34,281 nucleotides of DNA, taken from the sequence record SRR31156797_1393; one strand, given 5' to 3'. Made by a program: the position numbers and the translations under genes. The notes under the pieces are model-generated. The model was given only the letters and a program-made list of their open reading frames with translations. It searched no databases and had not been told where the DNA came from. This document shows, piece by piece, positions 9,041-16,841 of the stretch (its first letter is position 1; every line of letters starts with the position of its first letter).

Positions 9041-10807
9041 ATGCAAACTGAAGACAAGCTGATTCCTTTTCAGCCAACGGATCCCACGGGCCGGCGGGTA
9101 CTGGTGCTGGCACCCCATTCCGACGACGAAACCCTTGGTTGCGGCGGCAGCCTGGCGCTTCACGCCCAGGCGGGTGATCCGGTCAAAATTGTCTTTTTAA
9201 CCAACGGCGCAAAAGGTGATTCCACCGGCAAGGTTGAAAAAAACCGGTACATGGCCCTGCGGCGGGGGGAGGCTGAAAAGGCCTGTGAATGTATCGGTGT
9301 GACGGACTCGGAATTCTGGCCATATGAGGACCGGTCGCTTGCCGGGGCCCGCGGCGCCCTTGGCCGTATGGTGGATCTGCTCAAGGATTACGGTCCGGAA
9401 TTGGTATACGTCCCTTCTCCCCTGGAACTTCACCCGGATCATCGGGCCGCCTGTTTTCTGTTGTGTGATGCCGTTGGCGGCGGAGATTTCAGTTTCGAGG
9501 TTGCCTTTTTTGAGGTGGGTCAGCCCATTCGCGTGAATGCCCTGGTTGATATTACATCGGTTTTGCCGAAGAAAATTCAGGCCATTCAGCAATATGAAAG
9601 TCAGCTCAAGGAAAGGCCCTATGGGGAGATCACCTTGGGGTTGAACCGTTTTAGAAGCATGACCCTTCCGGAAGGGGTGACCCACGCCGAGGGATTTTCG
9701 TGGCATGATGCTGCGCTGATTAAAAAAATCGGACCCATGGCCATTTTATCCCGCCATGCACACCGGCTTGCGCCCGATCCCGAAGAATCGGGCCCCCTGG
9801 TATCCATCATCGTTCGAACAAAGGATCGTCCCGGTCTGCTGGTCAATGCCGTCGATTCAATCGCAAGACAGACCTACGCAAACCTTGAAATCGTGATGGT
9901 AAACGACGGCGGGAGAGATGTTGCCGATGTTCTTGAAGCCGTTTCCGGAAATCTTCCCATACGGCATGTGCGCCATGAAAAGTGTATGGGAAGAGCCGTA
10001 GCCGCCAATAGCGGATTAAGGGCGGCAAGGGGGAAGTATATAAATTTTCTGGATGATGACGATGTGTTTTATCCCGATCATGTGACGTGCCTCGTAAATT
10101 ACCTTGAGATGACCCATGAAAAAGTGGCCTACAGCAATGTCCTGAATGTTTTTTTTAAAGGACCCCCCGAAACACCCGGCAACCGCCTAAGGGAAGAACT
10201 GGTTTTTAATTTCGATTTTGATCCGGACAGGCTACTGTTTGAAAACTATATTCCCATCATGAGCGTCTTGTTTTCAAGGGAAGTGCTTGGGAAGATAACA
10301 TCCTTTTCGGAGGACTTGACCCTCTTTGAGGATTGGGATTTCTGGATCCGGGTATCGCGCCATTTTTCTTTCCGGCATCTGGAAAATACCACCGCGGAAT
10401 ACCGCTTCTATGGAACGGCCGGGATGGCAACGGCCCATCGAATGAAATATCCTTATGACGAAGCCAGGGCCATTCTCTTTGACCGGACCCGACCCCACAT
10501 TGACGGACGCGCATGGGCCGCTTTTCGAAGGGGCGTTGAAATCCGGGCTAAACAAACTCGACAACCCCTTAAAGATACGTCCCCTGTTATACCCGAAGGG
10601 CTTGAAGAAACACGACAACACCTGGCACAACTTCAACGGGTTCAAGAGGCGTTGAACCGCAAGAATGCCGAACTGGAATTGCGGATTAACCGCCTTTCCC
10701 CCCCCGCCCCTTCGGAAAAAAGCAGTGTGCGGCTTCGACCAAATTTGAAAGACATCCTTTGTAAAGCCAGGGATTATTGCAGGCAAAAAGCCCTAAAAAG
10801 AGGTTGA
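9041..10807 (+). CDS. Fusion of a PIG-L/LmbE family de-N-acetylase, a GT2 glycosyltransferase and a short coiled coil
   Basis: VLVLAPHSDDETLGCGG, RRGEA and HPDH (PIG-L), then PLVSIIVRTKDR, VNDGG, FLDDDD and EDWDFWIR (GT2), then heptad-rich LEETRQHLAQLQRVQEALNRKNAELELRINRL. Confidence 0.88.
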   Translation: MQTEDKLIPFQPTDPTGRRVLVLAPHSDDETLGCGGSLALHAQAGDPVKIVFLTNGAKGDSTGKVEKNRYMALRRGEAEKACECIGVTDSEFWPYEDRSLAGARGALGRMVDLLKDYGPELVYVPSPLELHPDHRAACFLLCDAVGGGDFSFEVAFFEVGQPIRVNALVDITSVLPKKIQAIQQYESQLKERPYGEITLGLNRFRSMTLPEGVTHAEGFSWHDAALIKKIGPMAILSRHAHRLAPDPEESGPLVSIIVRTKDRPGLLVNAVDSIARQTYANLEIVMVNDGGRDVADVLEAVSGNLPIRHVRHEKCMGRAVAANSGLRAARGKYINFLDDDDVFYPDHVTCLVNYLEMTHEKVAYSNVLNVFFKGPPETPGNRLREELVFNFDFDPDRLLFENYIPIMSVLFSREVLGKITSFSEDLTLFEDWDFWIRVSRHFSFRHLENTTAEYRFYGTAGMATAHRMKYPYDEARAILFDRTRPHIDGRAWAAFRRGVEIRAKQTRQPLKDTSPVIPEGLEETRQHLAQLQRVQEALNRKNAELELRINRLSPPAPSEKSSVRLRPNLKDILCKARDYCRQKALKRG

Positions 10808-10942
10808 CAGCTGAAAAGCCACATGCTAGACAATCCGAAAATCGGCGATTTTTTTCAAACAACGCGTTTTCGTCCATTGGGTTTGGATGTTGGGAAATCA
10901 TGCCGCTGGGTGTCGCTTTTGCTGAAAATTCTTCAAGAAGTA

Positions 10943-10963
10943 ATTTAAGGTTTAACCTTAAAT
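10943..10963. promoter_or_regulatory. Perfect 10-bp inverted repeat, candidate transcription-factor operator
   Basis: ATTTAAGGTT-T-AACCTTAAAT, ending about 70 bp upstream of the -35 box at 11033. Confidence 0.5.
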
Positions 10964-11032
10964 CCCGAATTGTCTTTGATAACCCGGCAAAAGAAAGTGG
11001 ACAACCAAATTTACTTATTGCTTGAAAAAAGC

Positions 11033-11060
11033 TTGACAAAAGGAATATTTTCCATATAAT
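11033..11060 (+). promoter_or_regulatory. Consensus sigma70 promoter for the 333-aa surface protein gene
   Basis: TTGACA (11033-11038), 16-nt spacer, TATAAT (11055-11060), preceded by an A-tract. It lies in a 450-bp AT-rich intergenic region. Confidence 0.8.
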
Positions 11061-11258
11061 GGCCCTAAAGATGGTGATTTGACACATTTCAGAAATAGGA
11101 TTTTTGGACCAAACAGCAGGAAAATTTTTGGAAGAATGGTGAAATTTCAGTCTAAAGGAGGTGGTGATCTCGATTCAGGTGATTAGGTGTTGGGTTGTTT
11201 TTGGGTGTTAATAATCTTTTAGGGAAGTTGAAACTAAAATTTAAGGAGGAAAAAGAGT

Positions 11259-12260
11259 ATGAAAAAGTTTTTTATAGCCCTTTCGGTTCTGGCGGCACTG
11301 ATGTTCAGCGTGGTTCCGTCCCAGGCCATCATAGGTGTGGCAGACATTGACGCGCTGGGTTCCGATGCGATCGTTCCTTTCATCACGGACATGGATCTCG
11401 AGAATAAGACCGGTCTCAATACCCTTATCGTCTTTACGGATGTTAAAGGCGGCGATATCGCTTTCCATTATACCGTCTATACGGTCCGTAGCGAAACCGT
11501 TTATAACGACAGCCTTGGGGGAACGGAGTATGACATCGTTCCCACGAATGCATATGATATCATCAACAAAGTGGCCCCGGTCTACCTGGATGATCTTGAA
11601 GTGGATCTGGACGGTGACGGCACCGCGGATCACTACGCCGGTTACATCTGGTTTGACGGCACGGACCTAAATACCATCGGCGGCCAGTTTCTGTTCGTAG
11701 ACCTGGCCAAAGGGATTGCCGCTTCCAACAATATCGCCATGAAAGAGTACAAAGACGATCTCGCTCCCGCCTTTGACGCCGTAATGGTCGGAAATGACGA
11801 CATCGAGCTGTTCTCCCCCAATGCTCTGATGGGCGCCATGGGCCTCCAGGACGGTGACGCGGTTCCCACGGCCGCCAGCAACTTCGGCATCTATCCCCGT
11901 TACTACATCCCCGCCAGCGGCGATGCGACCTGGTTCATCTTCTGGATGAGTGCCAATGACCTGCTGGATGCGCCTCTTCATATCTGGTGGTATGATGATG
12001 ACGAAAATTACGTTTCCACCAACATTCCGATTCCCAATGAGCTCAGCATTATCGATGTTGAGGGCTATATCCCGCTGTCTCTCTTCGGCCAGGATGATTA
12101 CCCAAAAGAGGGTTGGGTTGACCTGACATGGGCCACGGATACCGCCGCCCTGCGTGCCATGGAAATGCTCGGATGGACCTTCATCCAGGCCTACGGTTCC
12201 AACGGTACCCAGAATCTTTCATGGGGTATTTTGAATGAGATGTGGCGCTGGGTGAACTAA
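11259..12260 (+). CDS. Exported acidic protein, candidate S-layer or major surface protein
   Basis: Sec signal peptide MKKFFIALSVLAALMFSVVPSQA. No Cys. About 49 D+E versus about 11 K+R in the mature part by manual count. DLDGDG Ca-binding-like motif. Strong SD TAAGGAGG (11242-11249), own promoter and terminator, and many C-ending codons. The CDS is secure; the S-layer role is inferred. Confidence 0.6.
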   Translation: MKKFFIALSVLAALMFSVVPSQAIIGVADIDALGSDAIVPFITDMDLENKTGLNTLIVFTDVKGGDIAFHYTVYTVRSETVYNDSLGGTEYDIVPTNAYDIINKVAPVYLDDLEVDLDGDGTADHYAGYIWFDGTDLNTIGGQFLFVDLAKGIAASNNIAMKEYKDDLAPAFDAVMVGNDDIELFSPNALMGAMGLQDGDAVPTAASNFGIYPRYYIPASGDATWFIFWMSANDLLDAPLHIWWYDDDENYVSTNIPIPNELSIIDVEGYIPLSLFGQDDYPKEGWVDLTWATDTAALRAMEMLGWTFIQAYGSNGTQNLSWGILNEMWRWVN

Positions 12261-12309
12261 TCAAACCGTTACTCTGTAATGTTTGTTTGAAGCAACAGAA
12301 GCAATAACC

Positions 12310-12343
12310 AAAAAAGCGGGCCTGTGAATGGCCCGCTTTTTTT
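12310..12343 (+). terminator. Rho-independent terminator, potentially bidirectional
   Basis: AAAAAAGCGGGCC-TGTGAAT-GGCCCGCTTTTTTT: perfect stem, 7-nt loop and T7 tail, 50 bp after the stop at 12260. Confidence 0.9.
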
Positions 12344-12408
12344 CATGCCTGAGCACGTATTTTTTTCGAGGGTCTTTTTCTCCAATGCAAAAATTCGGGA
12401 AAGCCGCT

Positions 12409-13665
12409 ATGTACAACGTAAGCAAATTCGTATCACTCTTTTTATTGCTGACCGCTTTTTCAATCCTTCTTTCCTGCGATAGGGGGCCGGCGGGAAAAAC
12501 AGCGGTGACGTCTCATCAATTCGTGGAATCTTCCTCCGGCCTTCCCACGGAGGGGCAGTGGCGTAACGCCATAAATTTTTTCGACATCAACGGTGACGGA
12601 CATCTGGATATTCTGGCGCCGCCACCTAGAAAAGCATCAAAAGAAGACCGAAGGCCCTTTATCTGGCTGGGGAACGGAAAAGGGGAGTGGTTGTCCGTTG
12701 CACCCAATGTACCGGATGATATTTCCTATGATTACGGCGGCATTGCCGGGGGGGATTTTAACAATGACCGCATACCGGACATGGCCCTTGCCGTACACTC
12801 CGGAGGCCTGAAGGGTTTGAAAGGTGTGGGAGAGGATCGTTATGCCGCTTTTTTAAAAGGCCTACCCCCCAGGGAGGTATTTTCCACCCGTGCCATCGCA
12901 TCAGCCGATTTGAACAATGACGGCATCACCGATATTGCAGCGGTTTCGGAAGCCCCCTTCAAACGCGAAAAAACCCTTGTTGAATTCGGCATACAGGTCT
13001 GTCTCGGGGGTCCCTCCCAATGGCAGTGTCGTGCCGTGGGGGACCAGGCGCAACGGCAAGGGCTTTTTGCCGATAAGATCGTAACGGGGGATGTGAACGG
13101 TGACGGAAATGTTGATCTGGGCATCGCATCCCTTCAGCACAGGAAAGATCTCATTGTCTGGCTGGGGGACGGAAAAGGGGGATTTACGCCCTTCAACAAG
13201 GGGTTGATCATGGAGCGCCATTACCCCTCCGTGGCATTTTCAGACCTGAACGGTGACGGGCGGGACGATCTCATTGCCAGCATTACCGGCTTTCAAAAAC
13301 AGGCAACCAAACTTCTAAAGGCTTATTTGAGTGAAAAGGACGGCTTTAAAGATGCGTCAGCGGGACTGCCGGACAACGAAGTCTATCTGGGTGTCAGCGC
13401 CGGCGATCTGGACGGGGACGGCATGCCCGAGATTGTTGCGGGAACCGGGAAAGGCGCCATCCACGTGTTTGCGCAAAAGAACGGAAAGTGGCGGCAGATC
13501 AAAACGTCCGGCCTTCCCGAAGGTGGGCTCTGGCGTCTCTACAATATCTACTGCGTCGATGTAAACCGGGATGGGCTTGATGATATCGCCATGAATTACG
13601 CAACGGGAAAAAATAATGCCGGGGCCATTCGCGTTTTCCTGAGCGTACCGGGTGAAAAAAAATAG
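12409..13665 (+). CDS. FG-GAP/VCBS-repeat beta-propeller lipoprotein
   Basis: Signal peptide MYNVSKFVSLFLLLTAFSILLSC with lipobox. Seven Dx(N/D)xDG-type repeats: DINGDGHLD, DFNNDRIPD, DLNNDGITD, DVNGDGNVD, DLNGDGRDD, DLDGDGMPE, DVNRDGLDD. The ORF-track ATG at 12328 falls inside the terminator hairpin, so ATG 12409 is preferred. Confidence 0.85.
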   Translation: MYNVSKFVSLFLLLTAFSILLSCDRGPAGKTAVTSHQFVESSSGLPTEGQWRNAINFFDINGDGHLDILAPPPRKASKEDRRPFIWLGNGKGEWLSVAPNVPDDISYDYGGIAGGDFNNDRIPDMALAVHSGGLKGLKGVGEDRYAAFLKGLPPREVFSTRAIASADLNNDGITDIAAVSEAPFKREKTLVEFGIQVCLGGPSQWQCRAVGDQAQRQGLFADKIVTGDVNGDGNVDLGIASLQHRKDLIVWLGDGKGGFTPFNKGLIMERHYPSVAFSDLNGDGRDDLIASITGFQKQATKLLKAYLSEKDGFKDASAGLPDNEVYLGVSAGDLDGDGMPEIVAGTGKGAIHVFAQKNGKWRQIKTSGLPEGGLWRLYNIYCVDVNRDGLDDIAMNYATGKNNAGAIRVFLSVPGEKK

Positions 13666-13709
13666 GCGTTTTGCAAGAGCATTTTTCAAATTTTTATGAC
13701 GGAAAAGCC

Positions 13710-14129
13710 ATGAATCCAATCAAACGATACCCGGCATATTTGCCGGTGTTTTTTTTACTGACACTTTTGCTGATGGTTGCCTGCGAAAGTAAAATGATTG
13801 ATCCCGAGGGAACCCTTAAAAGCCAGGCTGAGCAATACTGGACCGAACGGCTGATGAACGGCAACTATGAGTATACCTACAAGGAAGAGCTGGAGGATGG
13901 ACTTCCCCCTTTCGCCGACTACCAAAAAAAACTCAAGGGCATGCGCCGGTTCGGCGTATCTTCCGTGAGAGTGGAGAAAGTAAAAGTTGAAGGGGATCGG
14001 GGAACGGTCACCCTTCAGGTCGCCTGCCGGTTTCCCCGTGTACCAACGGATATCGAAGTTCCCATGGGAGATCGATGGATCATAAAGGGGAATCAGTGGA
14101 AACACGTTTTTGAGAAGAAAACCGAATGA
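13710..14129 (+). CDS. Small lipoprotein of unknown function, possibly NTF2-like fold
   Basis: MNPIKRYPAYLPVFFLLTLLLMVAC with lipobox. Helical start (LKSQAEQYW) followed by beta strands (VRVEKVKVEGDRGTVTLQV...DRWIIKGNQWKH). Start moved from TTG 13671 to ATG 13710. Confidence 0.75.
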   Translation: MNPIKRYPAYLPVFFLLTLLLMVACESKMIDPEGTLKSQAEQYWTERLMNGNYEYTYKEELEDGLPPFADYQKKLKGMRRFGVSSVRVEKVKVEGDRGTVTLQVACRFPRVPTDIEVPMGDRWIIKGNQWKHVFEKKTE

Positions 14130-14199
14130 AGTACGCAGCTTGGCTGCCGACCCTGCATGAACTTTGGGTCGGGCCTTTGTGTGAGGAAACTTCACGCCC

Positions 14200-15120
14200 C
14201 TATTTCCGCTCCCCGATTAATATGACATAATTATTATCAATCACCTTTTCTTCCGTCAACACCTCCTCAAGCAGCAGAACCATTTCAATGAGGGCAACAT
14301 CGGTTTCATTGTTGTGATCAAAATTCGCCATTATGTCATTAAACAATGGGTGGAAAACCGCCCCGCCAAAATACCGCAGGACGTTGATTTTAAAATGATT
14401 GCGGATTATCGCTATGATTTCACTGGACCTTATGGCTTCGGAAGGATCTGTTTTTTTCATATGGGCGATGGTGGGCTTTGAAAGTTTTTCCATTAAAAAC
14501 CCTGTTGCAGGGTTCGTGCGAAGGCGCTTCGGCAGACGTTTCAGCACCCGATTTAGAATGTCAACCTGTTTTTCGGTCCACTGAAATCGATCGGGCCCCA
14601 CATATTCCTGGGCCACCAGAACGCCGTTTTTTCTGAGGCATTGTTCGGCATTTGAAATGACGCCTTCCAGATTTTCGATGTGGTGAAGGGCCGACCAGGC
14701 AAAGAAGATATCGTACTGATCCTCCTTGAAAATCGCCTGATTGACGTCTTCCTGGTAATATGTGATGGCATAACCCCCTTTATCCGCCATTTTCCTCCCT
14801 TGTTCAACGCGAGCATCCGATATTTCCCAGGCATCGATCTGCCGGCACAGCCCGTTGTCTATCATGGATCGCTCAAATTCTCCCGACCCGCTGCAGATAC
14901 TGATCCCCTTTTCCAGTGAATACCTCTTAAGGCATTTATTGAGAAATTGGTAAACATTCATTTGCGAATCGCCCGTGATCAGTCTCTGGCAGTGGGCCAT
15001 AATAACGGGAGAATCCCACCAACTGGCGCTCCTCGCCCCTTCGCCTGTCTGTTGATAATTATCCCAGAATAATCTGGTGGCATTGAGTTCTTTTTGCTGC
15101 CGCGAAACTTTACTGTGCAT
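14200..15120 (-). CDS. Class I SAM-dependent methyltransferase
   Basis: Motif I variant GISICSGSGEFE, then DAWEIS, EDVN, YDIFFAWSALHHIENLE and LRKNGVLVAQEYVGP. Probable ATG at 15120; the ORF extends to 15138. It is the only credible minus-strand gene. Confidence 0.85.
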   Translation of the reverse strand: MHSKVSRQQKELNATRLFWDNYQQTGEGARSASWWDSPVIMAHCQRLITGDSQMNVYQFLNKCLKRYSLEKGISICSGSGEFERSMIDNGLCRQIDAWEISDARVEQGRKMADKGGYAITYYQEDVNQAIFKEDQYDIFFAWSALHHIENLEGVISNAEQCLRKNGVLVAQEYVGPDRFQWTEKQVDILNRVLKRLPKRLRTNPATGFLMEKLSKPTIAHMKKTDPSEAIRSSEIIAIIRNHFKINVLRYFGGAVFHPLFNDIMANFDHNNETDVALIEMVLLLEEVLTEEKVIDNNYVILIGERK

Positions 15121-15242
15121 ACGGTTTCCCTCTGGCAAAACTTTCTTGAATGGCCTCTGAAGAAGACTTTAACATGTCTCCATGGACGGTTAAACACAAA
15201 AATTGTACCGGTAGCATTCTGCTTAAGGGTTAAGGATATTAA

Positions 15243-16817
15243 ATGCAGAACAGCAACATTAAATACGACGTAAACGGACGGTGGAACAGACGGCATTTTG
15301 ATCCTTGGCTGATAGCTTACGTGCTGTTGACGTTCATCTATGTTCTACCCATCTGGATATTTACATATTTCCCCTCCCAGGACGGACCGTGCCACCTGTA
15401 TAATGCATTTATCATAAACCATTATAACGATCCCAATTATACCTTCAAGGAGTTTTATGATATTCGTAAGGCCCTGATTCCAAACTGGACATCCCACGCT
15501 CTGCTGGCGTTTTTGATGGAATTTGCATCACCCCTGACATCTGAAAAGCTTTTGTTGACTGGGTATGTCATTTTAATGGCAACAGCGCTTCTATACTTGA
15601 TTACATCCGTTCAAAAAGAAGCGACGCCCCTTGCATTATTGGGCTTTCCCTATATTTACAACGGTCTCTTCGTAATGGGTTTTTACAATTATGTGCTGGG
15701 CATCGCACTGATGTTGATCAGCATCGCCTACTGGTGGCGAAATGTCCAAAATGTCGGGTATAAAACGGTTCTGATACTCGGGACCCTGATGTTGCTGCTC
15801 TATTTTACCCATCCGCTGGCTTTGTCGCTGGCCATGTTTTCCATACTGATGATCACCGTCTTAAATCTGGCCAACCGTTTTATTACCTTGAAGCGGGCAT
15901 TGCTGAGTTTAACCCCCTTGATAATACCGACCATTTTGTTGTTGTATCACATGGAAGGCGGTGCATGGCACTGGGGAGACTGGACGTTCAACCGTTTGCA
16001 GACCTTTTTTTGGGAGAACGGCATTCTGGTATACCACAGCCCCCAACAGATGATTCCCGCGCGCCTTTTGACCTGGACATTTTCAGCACTTGTTTTCTAT
16101 TCTCTCATGAGGGAGCATGTGTTTCAAAAAGGGTTTTGGTTCAACCCCGGGCGCCGGCCGAAGGATTTCTTTCTATTTCTATCCGTTGTTTTTCTCATCT
16201 TTTATTTTGTTTTTCCCGACCGGATGTCCGGAGGCGCCGTCATAAAAGGCAGGCTCAGTTTTCTCCCATTTCTGGTCATTATACCATGGATCAGTTGGAA
16301 TATGCCCGCCATGGCAAAAAATCTGGTTGGCGCCATGCTGATGGTTCTCGCCCTTTTCTATCTGGGACAGGCATCCGTTTATCACAACCGGCTTAGCAAG
16401 GAGGTTGCCATTTACATGTCGGGGCAGGATGTCATAGAACCCAACAGTGTGATGCTGCCCCTTTGTTTTGATTCTGTGGGAAGCGGCCATTTAATTGGGG
16501 CGTTTCAACACCCCGCAGGATATTACGGCTACCTGACGGGCGCAATAAATCTCTACAATTATGAGGCCGGCACGGGCCATTTTCCCACGGTTTTCAAGGT
16601 GGGCCGTGAGCGGCCGGATATCGCCGCAATTCAAAAAAATCCGGGCAAGTTTGACTTTGCCAGGTGGGTTCATGAGATAGATTATATTGTGACCTGGGCC
16701 CTCCCGGAACCGAGTGAAACGGCTGACAGGCTGAATCTTCTGTACGAGCCTGTCAAACACAACGGAAAACTGAAAATTTTTTGTAGAAAAGATGTTATGC
16801 CTGCCTTTAAAAAATGA
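15243..16817 (+). CDS. Polytopic membrane protein, putative GT-C fold glycosyltransferase
   Basis: About 11 TM helices. A large first loop after TM1 carries an acidic motif (FPSQDGPCHLYNA), followed by GFYNY, YFTHP and a soluble C-terminal domain. This architecture is typical of GT-C enzymes; the family assignment is inferred. Confidence 0.6.
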   Translation: MQNSNIKYDVNGRWNRRHFDPWLIAYVLLTFIYVLPIWIFTYFPSQDGPCHLYNAFIINHYNDPNYTFKEFYDIRKALIPNWTSHALLAFLMEFASPLTSEKLLLTGYVILMATALLYLITSVQKEATPLALLGFPYIYNGLFVMGFYNYVLGIALMLISIAYWWRNVQNVGYKTVLILGTLMLLLYFTHPLALSLAMFSILMITVLNLANRFITLKRALLSLTPLIIPTILLLYHMEGGAWHWGDWTFNRLQTFFWENGILVYHSPQQMIPARLLTWTFSALVFYSLMREHVFQKGFWFNPGRRPKDFFLFLSVVFLIFYFVFPDRMSGGAVIKGRLSFLPFLVIIPWISWNMPAMAKNLVGAMLMVLALFYLGQASVYHNRLSKEVAIYMSGQDVIEPNSVMLPLCFDSVGSGHLIGAFQHPAGYYGYLTGAINLYNYEAGTGHFPTVFKVGRERPDIAAIQKNPGKFDFARWVHEIDYIVTWALPEPSETADRLNLLYEPVKHNGKLKIFCRKDVMPAFKK

Positions 16818-16841
16818 AAAACAGGGAGCATATAAACAACG

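Noticed and set aside
8986-9051. 21-aa ORF with AGGAG and an ATGA overlap, as a frameshifted N-terminus of the PIG-L-GT2 gene
   Set aside because: ATG 9041 has its own purine-rich site and the PIG-L domain is complete without the extension.
10698-10705. C8 tract (also G7 at 19351, C7 at 23362, A9 at 29440) as phase-variation switches
   Set aside because: The tracts are short, all frames are intact, homopolymers are common in this window, and the C8 lies near the gene end.
11079-11084. Additional TTGACA boxes at 11079 and 32606
   Set aside because: No credible -10 element at 16-18 nt spacing.
11154-11169. AAAGGAGGTG...GATC as a fragment of a minus-strand 16S rRNA gene
   Set aside because: The match is only about 10 nt and the flanks do not resemble rRNA. 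It is treated as an SD-like element instead.
12328-12408. N-terminal extension of the FG-GAP protein given by the ORF track
   Set aside because: That ATG lies inside the terminator hairpin, whereas ATG 12409 gives a proper lipoprotein signal peptide.
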